A DNA stretch of 64,000 bases from an uncultured Solirubrobacterales bacterium. Its GTDB lineage: Bacteria; Actinomycetota; Thermoleophilia; Solirubrobacterales; 70-9. The notes beneath the pieces are model-generated. The model saw only the letters and a list, made by a program, of their open reading frames with translations. It searched no databases and was not told where the DNA came from. The stretch spans positions 227,545 to 291,544 of the forward strand of contig CAWIJE010000004.1 of NCBI GenBank assembly GCA_963836415.1, in the 5' to 3' direction. Position numbers and translations under genes: made by a program. This document shows, piece by piece, positions 52,489 through 63,953 of this stretch; position 1 is the stretch's first letter; each line of letters begins with the position of its first letter.

Positions 52489-53409
52489 GTGGCTGTCGAC
52501 ACCCTGACCGAGCAGAAATCCCTTCTTGCCGAGCTCGCCCCCGGCAAACGGACCCGCCTGCGGCGACTGCTTTTCGAGTTCGGCCCGGGCAACGGCACGC
52601 TGATGCTGCTGCCGATCGACCAGGGGATCGAGCACGGACCGCGTGATTTCTTCCCCAACCCGGCCTCGAAGGACCCCGACTACCAGTTCCGGCTCGCCGC
52701 CGAGGCCGGTTACTCGGCCCTCGCCTGCCAGATCGGGCTGGCCAGCAAGTACTACCCCGACTACGCCGGCCAGGTGCCGCTGATCCTCAAGGTCAACGGC
52801 AAGACCGACCTGCCGTCGTCGGCCGCGGCCTTCTCGAGCTGCAACGCCAGCGTCGAGGACGGCGTCAGGCTCGGCGCCGACGCGATCGGCTACACGCTCT
52901 ACGTCGGCTCGCCGCGCCAGGACGAGGACCTCGCCCAGCTGCGCCAGGTCCGCGAGGACTGCGACCGCTTCGGCATGCCGCTGATCGTCTGGTCCTACCC
53001 GCGCGGCGAAGCGGTCGAGGCCAAGGGCGGCCAGAACTCCTTCTACGCGATCGACTACGCGGCGCGGATGGCGATGGAGATGGGCGCCGACGTGGTCAAG
53101 CTCAACATGCCGAAGATCGATGCGGCCAAGGACAAGGACGCGCCGGCCCCCTACAACGAGCTCGAGGTCACCCAGGAGGAGGCGATCCAGCACTGCGTAG
53201 CCTCCGCCGGGCGTGCCCTGGTCGTCCTCTCCGGCGGCTCCAAGGTCGACGACGAGACCGTCCTCGGCCACACCCGCGAGATCATGCAGGCGGGCGGCTC
53301 GGGCGTGATCTTCGGCCGCAACGTCTGGCAGCGCGAGTGGAACGAGGCGGTCGAGATCGTCAGCCAGATCAAAGAGACGCTGCTCTCCAGCGTCACCCGC
53401 ATTCCCTGA
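52489..53409 (+). CDS. class I fructose-bisphosphate aldolase, DhnA/FbaB (DeoC/LacD) family
   Basis: GTLMLLPIDQGIEHGP...ADVVKLNMPK (Schiff-base Lys region) match DhnA-type aldolases. Confidence 0.75.
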   Translation: MAVDTLTEQKSLLAELAPGKRTRLRRLLFEFGPGNGTLMLLPIDQGIEHGPRDFFPNPASKDPDYQFRLAAEAGYSALACQIGLASKYYPDYAGQVPLILKVNGKTDLPSSAAAFSSCNASVEDGVRLGADAIGYTLYVGSPRQDEDLAQLRQVREDCDRFGMPLIVWSYPRGEAVEAKGGQNSFYAIDYAARMAMEMGADVVKLNMPKIDAAKDKDAPAPYNELEVTQEEAIQHCVASAGRALVVLSGGSKVDDETVLGHTREIMQAGGSGVIFGRNVWQREWNEAVEIVSQIKETLLSSVTRIP

Positions 53410-53437
53410 GCATTTCCCACCGCTCCCGCCTTAGGGG

Positions 53438-53947
53438 GTGATGAGGAGGGGCTCGATCGGAAGCGCGGCGCTGCTCGTCATCGTCGCGCTGCTGATCCTG
53501 CGCCCCTGGGAAGGCGGCGGCGGGCCGGCCTCGGGCCCGGCCTCGGTCACGGCGACCGTCGCCCGGGTGGTCGACGGCGACACGGTCGAGATCGAGTCCG
53601 GGGGACGGCGCGAGGACCTGCGGCTGATCGGGGTCGACACGCCGGAGACGGTGAAGCCGGGAACGCCGGTGCAGTGCTTCGGCCCGCGTGCCTCCTCCTT
53701 CACCCACCGGCGGCTCGAGGGGCGCCGCGTGCGGGTCGACTTCGGCGTCGAGCGACACGACGTCTACGGCCGCCTGCTCGGCTACCTGCGCCTCGGCCGC
53801 GAGATGTTCAACGCGACCCTGGTCCGGCGCGGCCTGGCGCGCTCGCTGACGATTCCTCCCAACGACCGCTACGCGCCGCTCTTCCGGCGGCTCGAGCTGG
53901 CGGCGGCGCGGTCTGGGCGCGGCCTCTGGGGCGCCTGCCCGCCCTGA
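53438..53947 (+). CDS. thermonuclease (staphylococcal nuclease-like) family secreted nuclease
   Basis: Signal/TM segment, then VVDGDTVEI...RLIGVDTPET...DVYGRLLGY SNase motifs. Confidence 0.75.
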   Translation: MMRRGSIGSAALLVIVALLILRPWEGGGGPASGPASVTATVARVVDGDTVEIESGGRREDLRLIGVDTPETVKPGTPVQCFGPRASSFTHRRLEGRRVRVDFGVERHDVYGRLLGYLRLGREMFNATLVRRGLARSLTIPPNDRYAPLFRRLELAAARSGRGLWGACPP

Positions 53948-54038
53948 GCGTCGTGTGACGCTTGCCACATCGACCGCCTGCAAGCCTCCTTGCAGCTTTG
54001 CTACGGTCCGGCGCAGCCCTCCGGGGCACCCCCCACCT

Positions 54039-54278
54039 ATGCGAATGCGCCAAAGCATCTCCCAGTTCGAGTCGGCCTTCGAACAGGAGACCTCACTCGA
54101 GCGCCGCCGCCGAGAGCAGCTCCGGCGCCGCGCCGCCAACCGCTCCCGCGAGCGCCGCATCACCCGCACCGAGCAGGAGAGCAAGGTGCGATTCAGCGTC
54201 CTCGCCGTCTGCCTTACGGTGACCGTCGTCGTCGTGGTGGTGGCGATGTTCGAGGCGCTCGCCTTCCTGATGGCCTAG
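54039..54278 (+). CDS. small membrane protein
   Basis: MRMRQSISQFESAFEQETSLERRRREQLRRRAANRSRERRI... followed by a C-terminal TM helix (VLAVCLTVTVVVVVVAMF). Confidence 0.4.
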   Translation: MRMRQSISQFESAFEQETSLERRRREQLRRRAANRSRERRITRTEQESKVRFSVLAVCLTVTVVVVVVAMFEALAFLMA

Positions 54279-54322
54279 TGGCCCAGCCGTCGACCCCCTG
54301 GGTTGAATAGACTCGCGCGCCG

Positions 54323-54895
54323 ATGCCCAGAAGGTCACTGAAGCCGCAGCTGAACCAGATCCGCGCCTGGGTGCGCCAGGGTCGGACCGACGCCTGGATC
54401 GCGCACCAGCTCGAGGTCAGCACCACCGAACTGCGCGAGTTCCGCAAGCAGCACGGCTTCGAGCCCGACGCGGACGACCCCGGCACCGGCGAAGTCGACC
54501 TGCGCGATGAGATCGAGGCCGAGATCGAGGCGGCCACTGCCGAGGAGCTCGCGGCCAAGGAGGACGACGAGGAGTCCGACGAGGCCGAGGACGCCGACGG
54601 CGGCGACGAGGCGGATGACGACGACGACGACGGCGAGGAGCGGCCGAAACGGCGGCGGCGGCGCGGGCGGCGCGGCGGCCGCGGGCGGCGCAAAGAGCTC
54701 GAGGCGACTTTCGATCACGGCGAAACCGACGGCTACGGGCTCTGGCTCGACCCGGCGGTCAAAGACAATCCTGTCTACAGCGAGCACTGGGCCGGCCAGC
54801 GCGAGGTCACCGTGCGGATCGACGCCGATCAGATCGTGATCAAGCGCGCCGGCGCCGGCGAGGCCGCCGGCGAGGACGAAGACTCAGAGGGCTAG
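54323..54895 (+). CDS. HTH-domain protein with acidic linker and basic patch
   Basis: The N-terminus, LNQIRAWVRQGRTDAWIAHQLEVSTTELREFRKQHG, is a probable HTH. Next come about 50 aa of D/E, then RPKRRRRRGRRGGRGRRK, then a small C-terminal domain. Confidence 0.5.
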   Translation: MPRRSLKPQLNQIRAWVRQGRTDAWIAHQLEVSTTELREFRKQHGFEPDADDPGTGEVDLRDEIEAEIEAATAEELAAKEDDEESDEAEDADGGDEADDDDDDGEERPKRRRRRGRRGGRGRRKELEATFDHGETDGYGLWLDPAVKDNPVYSEHWAGQREVTVRIDADQIVIKRAGAGEAAGEDEDSEG

Positions 54896-55210
54896 CCGCC
54901 CGCCGGCGAAATCGCCGGCGCGACGGAGGAAGACCCAGAAGGCGGCGTCGGCGAGGGCCTGCGCTTCGCCGATCAGGCCAGGCGACGTCTCCATCGTCAC
55001 CTGTAGGCACCACTCGGTCCCCCGCCCGTAGAGCTCGGCCAGCTCGGCCGCGGTGAAGGTGACCCCGATCCGCCGCCGCAGCTCGTCGTGGATCGCGGCG
55101 ATCACGCGGTCGGCCTGGCGACGGGTCGCCGGGTCCTCGGCGAGCGCCTCGTAGGCGCGCGATCCGTCTTCCCACTGGAAACGGGCATTCTCGAGTGGGT
55201 AGCTACTCAT
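54884..55210 (-). CDS. hypothetical protein
   Basis: A 108-aa ORF with protein-like composition (MSSYPLENARFQWEDGSRAYEALAEDPATRRQADRVIAAIHDELRRRIGVTFTAAELAELYGRG...). Confidence 0.45.
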   Translation of the reverse strand: MSSYPLENARFQWEDGSRAYEALAEDPATRRQADRVIAAIHDELRRRIGVTFTAAELAELYGRGTEWCLQVTMETSPGLIGEAQALADAAFWVFLRRAGDFAGGRLAL

Positions 55211-57389
55211 CCGAGCCGGGAGAGTCGGGGACCTGGCGCAGCGGCGCCTGTGAGGGGCCGCAGCGGGTCGACAGCGGCTCGCGGACGCGCCAGACCGTCA
55301 CCGGGCCGCTGCGCCGCACCGCGACGACCTGACGGGCCCTGACGGCCGCTCGCAGCCAGCGCGCCTCCGGCGAGGGGATCGGCTCGTCGCTGTGGATGAA
55401 GTTGAGGAAGGGGGCGGTCACCAGGTAATCGAGGTCGGCGTCGCGGGCCGCCGCCAGGAAACGACGGCAGGAGGGAATCGGCAGGAAGGCGCCGTGCGGG
55501 CCCTCTTCGCCGAGGTAGACGACGTGGTTGGAGAGGTCGGTGCCGTAGAAGCCGTAGCCGAGGAAGCCGGCCGTCGTGCCCGCCAGCCCGATCCGAGAGT
55601 CCTCGATGCCGCGCGCCCAGCTGTAGGCAGAATCGAAATCGAGTCCCGGGATCCGTTCGTCGGCGGGCAGGTCGTTGGCGAAGCGCGCCTCGAGGTAGTC
55701 ACGCTGGACCGGGTACCCGATCGCGACCAGGACGACCCCGAGCAGGCCGAGCCCTGCCGCCAGCGCCGGCCCCGGCAGGCCGCGGCGGCGCCAGAGGTAG
55801 AGGGCGGCGGGAACGAGGACGAGCAGGATCGCGAGCGCCGCGCCGAAGACGCGCGAGGGATCGCGCAGGGCGGCGTCGGAGCGGTCGGTGACGACGAGGA
55901 CGAGGACCAGCGCCGCCAACAGGACGAGCTGCGGCCGGCGGCCGTCTAGCCGCCGAGGCAGGGGCAGCAGCGCCAACGCCGCCAGCAGGGCCGGCACCAC
56001 GTAGCGGAGGTTGATCGCGAAGGCTTCCGGGGCGCCCTCGGCGCCGGCGGCGCTGAGCGGCGCGAAGGGGTAGGCGAGCATGCCGAAGAGGGCGACGCCG
56101 CCGAGCCAGCGCACGGCGCGGTTGCGGCCCCAGCCGACGGCGAGGATCGCGGCCAGGATCGCGGCGCCGATGACCAGCGGCCAGAGGGCGCCGAACTGCT
56201 CGTGCAGGCCGGGCAGGAAGTAATGGCGCCAGACGTCGGTGTCGGTCGCGTAGTGGGCGATGTTGAAGTCCGGCCTCGCCGTCTGCAGGCGCTCGGGATG
56301 GGGCAGGGAGATCGGGCCGAGGTGGGCGACCTCGGGCAGTGGATTGCCGACGACGAAGAGGTTGCGCAGGAACCAGTAGCCGCCGCCGAGCAGGGCCGGG
56401 ACGAACCACCAGGCGGCGGCCGCCCACCGGCGCCCGGTCGGCGCGAGGACGAGGACGGCGAGGCTGAGCGCCGCCGCCATCGCCAGCACGGTCAGCTTGG
56501 TGCCCGCCGCCATGCCGACCGCGAGGCCGGCCGCGGCGAGCGGCCAGCCGACTGGCAACGAGCCCCTCTCCCCCTCCTCTCCGGCCCGCCAGGCGGCGAT
56601 CACCAGCGCCACCGCGGCCAGCACCAGGGCGGCCGCCATCAGGTCGTTCTTGGCGGCCCCCGGCTCGCGCACGACCAGCGTGTGGCACTCGAGCACGATC
56701 GCGACGGCGACGACGCTGAGGTGGCCACGGCCGAAGGGCCTGCCGATCACCCAGGCCGAGAGGAAGGCGATCGCGAGCCAGCCCAGGTTGATGAAGAGCG
56801 AGAGCGTGTCGCGGTGGACGAAGAGGATGCCGACCGCGTGCAGCAGCTCCGAGTTCTGTGGGTAGAACCAGTTGGTGAAGACCGTCTCCGTGTGGTGGAG
56901 GCCGGTGACCGAGTGGCTCTGGGCGATGTCCGCGGCGAACGGCATGTGGTACCAGAGCGAGTCGAAGTTGAAGATGCCGCGGTCGAGGGCGCTGTCGATG
57001 GTCAGGCCCCAGTGGGCGACGACCAGGGCGATGACGGCGAACATCACGACCATCTCCCAGAGCCCAGGGCCCGACACGCCCGAGCCACGGGTCCTGCCGC
57101 CGGAGTCGGCGCGGGGAGCGGCTGAGGGACGGGTCCACCAGGCGATCGCGCCGGCCAGCAGTAGGGCTGAAGCGAACAGCGTGGACGCGTAGAGGGCCGA
57201 AAAGGTGCCGAGGAGCTCGCTCAGCCAGAGGAGGAGGGCTATGGCGAGGAGGGACTCGACCAGGCGGGCGGGAGAGCCGGACCAGGTCGGGATCAGGCGG
57301 GCGCGGAGGCGGTAGGCGCTGAAGCCGAGGGCGAGGGCGAGGGCCGCCAGGCCGGCGGCGGCGAGCAGATACGAGCCGACGCTGATCAT
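55203..57389 (-). CDS. polytopic membrane protein, GT-C-like glycosyltransferase fold (putative lipid-linked sugar transferase)
   Basis: A 728-aa protein with about 14 TM helices and a large periplasmic loop, the architecture of PMT/ArnT/arabinosyltransferase-like GT-C enzymes. No confident family match from sequence alone. Confidence 0.55.
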   Translation of the reverse strand: MISVGSYLLAAAGLAALALALGFSAYRLRARLIPTWSGSPARLVESLLAIALLLWLSELLGTFSALYASTLFASALLLAGAIAWWTRPSAAPRADSGGRTRGSGVSGPGLWEMVVMFAVIALVVAHWGLTIDSALDRGIFNFDSLWYHMPFAADIAQSHSVTGLHHTETVFTNWFYPQNSELLHAVGILFVHRDTLSLFINLGWLAIAFLSAWVIGRPFGRGHLSVVAVAIVLECHTLVVREPGAAKNDLMAAALVLAAVALVIAAWRAGEEGERGSLPVGWPLAAAGLAVGMAAGTKLTVLAMAAALSLAVLVLAPTGRRWAAAAWWFVPALLGGGYWFLRNLFVVGNPLPEVAHLGPISLPHPERLQTARPDFNIAHYATDTDVWRHYFLPGLHEQFGALWPLVIGAAILAAILAVGWGRNRAVRWLGGVALFGMLAYPFAPLSAAGAEGAPEAFAINLRYVVPALLAALALLPLPRRLDGRRPQLVLLAALVLVLVVTDRSDAALRDPSRVFGAALAILLVLVPAALYLWRRRGLPGPALAAGLGLLGVVLVAIGYPVQRDYLEARFANDLPADERIPGLDFDSAYSWARGIEDSRIGLAGTTAGFLGYGFYGTDLSNHVVYLGEEGPHGAFLPIPSCRRFLAAARDADLDYLVTAPFLNFIHSDEPIPSPEARWLRAAVRARQVVAVRRSGPVTVWRVREPLSTRCGPSQAPLRQVPDSPGSDE

Positions 57390-57414
57390 CGCAGGGGCGC
57401 CACCCCCGGGCAGG

Positions 57415-57780
57415 CTAGCGGGCGACGGGATGGACCACGTACGGCGTCTCTTCGGCGGCGATCATGCCCTGGTTGCGAGCCATTTCGTCGAGGGCGATGG
57501 GATCGCCGGAGCGCTGTACGCGGCGATGCAGGCGCTTGTTTTCCTTGAGCGCTTCGTGGAAGGTGACCTTCGCCTCGCTGGTCTGTCGATAGGTGTTGAC
57601 GAAGTCGAGCGCCGGGTGCAGGTAGGAGTAGAGGACGGCGGCGAGGACCAGGGTGAGGGCGACGCGGCCGACTTTGTCCCACTGGACCCGGCTGGCGCCG
57701 CGGGGACCGGCCGGACGGCGGGCGGGCCGCCTTCGAGGCGTGCGGGAACTGCTTCTCGCGGCCTTCCGGCTTGCTGCCAT
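57415..57780 (-). CDS. septum formation initiator (FtsB/DivIC-like)
   Basis: A basic N-terminus, one TM (RVALTLVLAAVLYSYL) and a coiled-coil ectodomain, located immediately downstream of eno as in many actinobacteria. Confidence 0.65.
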   Translation of the reverse strand: MAASRKAARSSSRTPRRRPARRPAGPRGASRVQWDKVGRVALTLVLAAVLYSYLHPALDFVNTYRQTSEAKVTFHEALKENKRLHRRVQRSGDPIALDEMARNQGMIAAEETPYVVHPVAR

Positions 57781-57816
57781 GCCCGGACCTACGCGGCCGG
57801 GCCCGGCATTCCTTCA

Positions 57817-59112
<1,296 letters not shown>

Positions 59113-60552
59113 TCAGGGAGCGGAGGTGGGCGGGGCGGTCGTCACTCCGGGAGGCAGGCCTTCGAGGCTGGGCACGCCTTCACCGGCTTCTTCGAGGCCG
59201 GGCGGGTATGGCCGCTGGGCGAGCGCTTCGCCTTTCGGCGTGACGATGCTGACCGTCCCGGGCAGCGCCGGTTTCGCCTGGGTGATCGGCGCCGGGCAGC
59301 CTTCAGGGGCTTTTTTCGGGTTCGCTTCGTAACAGGCGGGGTCGGCTTCCGCCGGGCGCCCGTCGCTCTTGAAGTTGGAGCATTTTTCGATCTTGTAGCC
59401 GTCGGCGCAGAAGGTCCGCGAGCGCCAGAGGCTCTGGAAGTTGCCGACGAAGGAGTTGAAGACCGCTTCCTGCTGCTGCTGGCCGAGCTGCGACTTGATC
59501 TGCGCTTCGGCTTCCCCGAGCGGCTGGGTTTTTTCGGGGTTGAGTTTTTCGACCTCGAAGACGACGTAGCCGGCGGTGGTGTATTTCAGCGGCCCTTCGA
59601 TCACGTGCAGGGGCGCCGAGAACATCGCTTCGCCGACCGGGCCCGCGTACTGTTCTTCGCTGACTTTTTCCTGCAGGCCACCGGTTTTCGCGGTTGCCGC
59701 CGATTCCGAATATTTTTTGATCGCCGCTTTCCAGGAGTCTTCGGAGGCGTCTTTTTCGAGCGCCGCCTTGGCGGCTTCGGCGTCCGCCTTCTTTTTCGTG
59801 ATCAGGATGCGGATGTCGCGGCTGGGCGGCGTCGTGAACTGGGTCGCCTTTGCTTCTTCATAGAATTCTTCGACTTCCGATTTGCTCGGTTTGGACGCTT
59901 CTTCGGCGAGCTGTTCCTGGATCTTTTTGCTCAGCGCCTGGATCTTCACCCGTTCGTTGACGTCCTGCGTCGTGTAGTGGGAGGTCTTCAAGAATTTCTG
60001 GAATTCGGCAGGCGTTTTGAAGGTCTGTTCTTTGATTTTTTCCAGTTCTTCTTCGACTTCTTTTTCGTTGACGGAGATTCCCTTTTCCGCCGCCAGACCC
60101 TGGATCCAGATCGTTTCCAGCATGCTGCTCAAGGTCGTTTCTTTGAGTTCGGCGTACTGTTTGTCGCCCGGTTTCGGGACTTTTTTGAGGCCCGAGGCGG
60201 CGACGACCTGCTCGAAGGCGCAGTCGAACTCGGGTTTGGTGATCTCACCGAGGTCCTGGCTGACTTTTTCGCCCTTGCAGTTGGTGAAGGGCTTGTCGAA
60301 GGGAGCGGTCGCGTCGGCGGGAACGCCCTCGACCACCGCGACCGAGCCGGAGGGAATGCTCGGCGGGCCGAGGCCCTCGGCGATGGCAAAGCCGACGAAG
60401 AGGCCGATGAAGAGAACGCCGAAGACGGCGAGGCCGAGACGGCGCACCTCGAGCCGGCCGGGCCCACGGCCCTTCGGAGCGCCTTTTGCGCCTTTCGCTT
60501 TCGACCCGCCCCCACCACGGCTCGCGGCCCTCTGTCCCTTGCTCGGACTCAC
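59113..60552 (-). CDS. membrane-anchored parvulin-type peptidyl-prolyl isomerase (SurA/PrsA-like)
   Basis: N-terminal TM, a long Lys/Glu-rich chaperone-like region, and a PpiC domain (TPPSRDIRILITKKKADAEAAKAAL...GPVGEAMFSAPLHVIEGPLKYTTAGYVVFEVEKL). Confidence 0.75.
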   Translation of the reverse strand: MSPSKGQRAASRGGGGSKAKGAKGAPKGRGPGRLEVRRLGLAVFGVLFIGLFVGFAIAEGLGPPSIPSGSVAVVEGVPADATAPFDKPFTNCKGEKVSQDLGEITKPEFDCAFEQVVAASGLKKVPKPGDKQYAELKETTLSSMLETIWIQGLAAEKGISVNEKEVEEELEKIKEQTFKTPAEFQKFLKTSHYTTQDVNERVKIQALSKKIQEQLAEEASKPSKSEVEEFYEEAKATQFTTPPSRDIRILITKKKADAEAAKAALEKDASEDSWKAAIKKYSESAATAKTGGLQEKVSEEQYAGPVGEAMFSAPLHVIEGPLKYTTAGYVVFEVEKLNPEKTQPLGEAEAQIKSQLGQQQQEAVFNSFVGNFQSLWRSRTFCADGYKIEKCSNFKSDGRPAEADPACYEANPKKAPEGCPAPITQAKPALPGTVSIVTPKGEALAQRPYPPGLEEAGEGVPSLEGLPPGVTTAPPTSAP

Positions 60553-63500
60553 GAAGCGGGCAGCATATCCGCTTCTGCGCTCGGAGACCCCTTCGCCTCC
60601 CGCAGGCCTTTAGCCACCGTTAAGACTGCCGCCAGCCGCGGCTCGGGATCGTCGGGCACGCGGACCGACACGGTCTTCTCCCGCCACTCGTAGAGAGCGC
60701 CCTCTACCTGCTCGGAGAGCAGCCCCGATTGCTCGGAGTCGAGCTCGATCCCGGTGACGCTGAGCCGGCCGCCGCGCAGCTCGACCCCGGCGGCACCGGC
60801 GAGGCCGAGTTCGATCCGCGCGCGCTGCAGCGCCAGCAGGTTCTCGGCCTCGGGCGGCGGCGGGCCGAAGCGGTCATCGAGCTCGTCGCGGATCGCCCGC
60901 AGCTGACCCGGCTCGCGGGCGCCGGCGATGCGCCGGTGGACGTCGATCTTGGCTGCCTCGAAGGGGATGTAGGAGGCCGGGATATAGGCGTCGACCGGGA
61001 CGTCGAGCCGGACCGGTTCCGGCGCCTCCTCCCCATCGCCCTCCGCCCCCGCCGCCTCGGCGACCGCCTCGTCGATCATCTGGCAGTAGAGCTCGAAGCC
61101 GACCGCGGCGACGTGGCCCGACTGCTCCTCGCCGAGCAGGTCGCCGGCGCCGCGAATGTCGAGGTCGCGCATCGCGATCTTGAAGCCGGAGCCGAGCTCG
61201 GTGTGGTCGGCGAGGGTTGCCAGGCGGGCGGCCGCGTCCTCGGTCAGCGAGTCGACCGAGGGGTAGAGCAGATAGGCGAATGCGCGCTCCTTCGAGCGCC
61301 CGACCCGGCCGCGGATCTGGTAGGCCTGGGAGAGGCCGAGCTGGTCGGAGCGCTCGACGATCAGGGTGTTGGCCGAGGGGATGTCGAGCCCCGACTCGAT
61401 GATCGTCGTCGTCACCAGGCAATCGGCGCCGCCGCGCATGAAGTCGAGCATCGTCTCCTCGAGCCGGCCCTCGTCCATCTGGCCGTGGGCTTCGGCGAAG
61501 CGCGCTTTCGGCACCAGCCCGCGCAGGCGCTCGATCACCTCGGGCAGCGAGTCGATCCGGTTGTGGAGGAAGAAGGCCTGGCCGCCGCGCTCGAGCTCGC
61601 GCTCGATCGAGTGGCGGACGAGGTCCTCGTCATAGGGGCCGACGTAGGTCCGCACCGGGCGCCGGCCCTCGGGCGGCGTCTCGATCACCGAGATGTCGCG
61701 CAGCCCGGCGAGGCTCATCTGCAGGGTGCGCGGGATCGGCGTGGCGGAGAGCGAGAGGACGTCGACTTTGAGCTTCAGCTGGCGCAGCAGCTCCTTCTGT
61801 TTGACCCCGAAGCGCTGCTCCTCGTCGACGATGACGAGGCCGAGGTCGCCGACGCGGACGTCGCGCGAGAGCAACCGGTGCGTCCCGATCAGGATGTCCA
61901 CCGAGCCGGCCTCGAAGCCGGCGAGCACGGCTTTCACCTCGGCCGGCTTGCGTAGCCTCGAGACGCCCTCGACGACGAAGGGCAGGTCGGCCAGCCGCTC
62001 GCGAAAGGTGCCGAGGTGCTGCTGGGCGAGGATCGTCGTCGGCACCAGCATCAGCACCTGCTTGCCGTCGGAGGCCGCCTTGACCGCGGCCCGCAGCGCG
62101 ACCTCGGTCTTGCCGAAGCCGACGTCGCCGCAGACCAGCCTGTCCATCGGCTGCTCGGCTTCCATGTCGCCCTTGACCGCCTCGATCGCTTCCAGCTGGT
62201 CGGCGGTCTCGCGGTAGGGGAAGGAGGTCTCCATCGCGATCTGCCATTCGCCGTCGGGGGCGAAGGGGTGGCCGCGGCGGGTGCGCCGCTCGGCGTAGAG
62301 GTTGATCAGCTCGCCGGCCAGCGCCCCGGCGGCGCGGCGCGCCCGCGCCTTCATGTTCTGCCAGCGTTTGCCGCCGAGGGCGGAGAGCGCCGGCGAGCCG
62401 CCGGCGCCGACGTAGCGGCTCAGCTTCGCGAGCTGGTCGGTGGGGACGTAGACGCGGTCCTCGCCTTTGTATTCGAGGTAGAGGTAATCGCGGGTGACGC
62501 CGCCGACCTCGCGGGTCTCGAAGCCGGCGAAGCGGGCGACGCCGTGGTCCTCGTGGACGACGTGATCGCCGACCCGCAGGTCGCTGAAGGCGAGCCTGCC
62601 CCGGCCGGCCCCCGGGGCGCGCTCCTCGGCGCGTTTGCGGCGGTGGACGAGCCGCCGGAAGGGGTAGACCGCGAGTTTCAGCTCGGGGCTGACGAAGCCC
62701 TCGCGCAGCCGCGCCTCGGCGAAGGCGAGGCCGGGCTTGGGAGAGAGGCGGCCGCCGTCGAGGATCGAGACGTCGAGGCGGTCGATCCCGTAGCGGCTGC
62801 GCTCGGCCTCGCCCATGCTGTCGAAGGCGACGACGGTGCGATAGCCGGAGCGGACCAGTTTGTCGAGCTCGCCCTCGGCCTCTTTGATGCTGCGGGCCGG
62901 CGACTCGGCGCGCGAGGCGCGGAAGGCGTCCTCGTCGTCCTCCCCGGCCCCGGTCAGGGCGAGGGCGGCGCGCGCCTCGAGCGGCTCGGCGACGTCGACG
63001 TAGAGGTGGCGGGCGTCGTCGGCGTGCATCGAGGTCGTCGCGTCCTCCCAGTGGTCGCGCAGGGCGGGCTCGATCTCCTCCGGGGCGACGAGGACGACCG
63101 CGGCCTCCTCAGGGACGAGGTCGAGCGGCGGCCCGAAGCGGTCGACCGGCAGGACCTCGGCGAGACCGGGAGCCTCGCGACCCTCCTCGGCGGCCTCCAT
63201 CGCCGCCAGCTCGGCGAGCTCGCGGTGCTCGACGTCGAGCTCGGCCGCGGGCGCCAGCTCGACCGCCTCGGCATCGCCGAGCGAGCGCTGGGTGAAGGTC
63301 GAGAACCAGCGCATCGACTCGATCTCGTCGCCGAAGAGCTCGATCCGGACCGCCCGCTCCTCGGTCGCCGGGAAGACGTCGAGAATGCCGCCGCGCAGGG
63401 CGAACTGACCGCGCTCCTCGACCTGCTCGACCCGCGCGTAACCGGCGGCGACCAGGCCCCGGGCAACGGCCTCGAGGTCGATCTCCTCGCCGAGGGCGAG

Positions 63501-63953
63501 CGAGAAGCCGGCCGGGCGCAGTGAGGCGTCGGGGACCGCCTCGGCGAGCGCCGTGGCGCCGGCGACGACGATCGCCGGCTCCCCGGCGCGCTGGTCGGAG
63601 AGCGCGTCGAGGGCGTCGATGCGGAGGCCGACCAGGTGCGGCGGCGGCGTCACGTGGGAGGCGTAGCCGGTGCCGCGCGAGGGGTAGAAGCGGACCCGGC
63701 GCGGAGCCAGGTAGGCGCGCAGGTCGGCGGCGAGGTCACGGGCGGAGCGGTCGTCGGGGCTGATCACCAGCGCCGGCAGGCCGGCCAGGCCCCGGTCGTC
63801 CTCGAGCAGCGCCGCCAGCAGCAGCGGGCGCAGCGTGGCGGAGACCCGGGCGCTCGCCTTCGAGCCTCCCTTGGCGGCCGCCCGCGCCTCGGAGCTGAGC
63901 GCGTGCAGGCGCTCGTTGTCGGCGGCGATCTCGATCAGCGGGCGAAGACTCAT
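60549..63953 (-). CDS. mfd: transcription-repair coupling factor Mfd
   Basis: An 1134-aa protein with UvrB-homology N-terminal modules, the RecG-like SF2 helicase (GDVGFGKTEVALRA, DEEQRFGV) and the TRG motif. Confidence 0.95.
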   Translation of the reverse strand: MSLRPLIEIAADNERLHALSSEARAAAKGGSKASARVSATLRPLLLAALLEDDRGLAGLPALVISPDDRSARDLAADLRAYLAPRRVRFYPSRGTGYASHVTPPPHLVGLRIDALDALSDQRAGEPAIVVAGATALAEAVPDASLRPAGFSLALGEEIDLEAVARGLVAAGYARVEQVEERGQFALRGGILDVFPATEERAVRIELFGDEIESMRWFSTFTQRSLGDAEAVELAPAAELDVEHRELAELAAMEAAEEGREAPGLAEVLPVDRFGPPLDLVPEEAAVVLVAPEEIEPALRDHWEDATTSMHADDARHLYVDVAEPLEARAALALTGAGEDDEDAFRASRAESPARSIKEAEGELDKLVRSGYRTVVAFDSMGEAERSRYGIDRLDVSILDGGRLSPKPGLAFAEARLREGFVSPELKLAVYPFRRLVHRRKRAEERAPGAGRGRLAFSDLRVGDHVVHEDHGVARFAGFETREVGGVTRDYLYLEYKGEDRVYVPTDQLAKLSRYVGAGGSPALSALGGKRWQNMKARARRAAGALAGELINLYAERRTRRGHPFAPDGEWQIAMETSFPYRETADQLEAIEAVKGDMEAEQPMDRLVCGDVGFGKTEVALRAAVKAASDGKQVLMLVPTTILAQQHLGTFRERLADLPFVVEGVSRLRKPAEVKAVLAGFEAGSVDILIGTHRLLSRDVRVGDLGLVIVDEEQRFGVKQKELLRQLKLKVDVLSLSATPIPRTLQMSLAGLRDISVIETPPEGRRPVRTYVGPYDEDLVRHSIERELERGGQAFFLHNRIDSLPEVIERLRGLVPKARFAEAHGQMDEGRLEETMLDFMRGGADCLVTTTIIESGLDIPSANTLIVERSDQLGLSQAYQIRGRVGRSKERAFAYLLYPSVDSLTEDAAARLATLADHTELGSGFKIAMRDLDIRGAGDLLGEEQSGHVAAVGFELYCQMIDEAVAEAAGAEGDGEEAPEPVRLDVPVDAYIPASYIPFEAAKIDVHRRIAGAREPGQLRAIRDELDDRFGPPPPEAENLLALQRARIELGLAGAAGVELRGGRLSVTGIELDSEQSGLLSEQVEGALYEWREKTVSVRVPDDPEPRLAAVLTVAKGLREAKGSPSAEADMLPAS

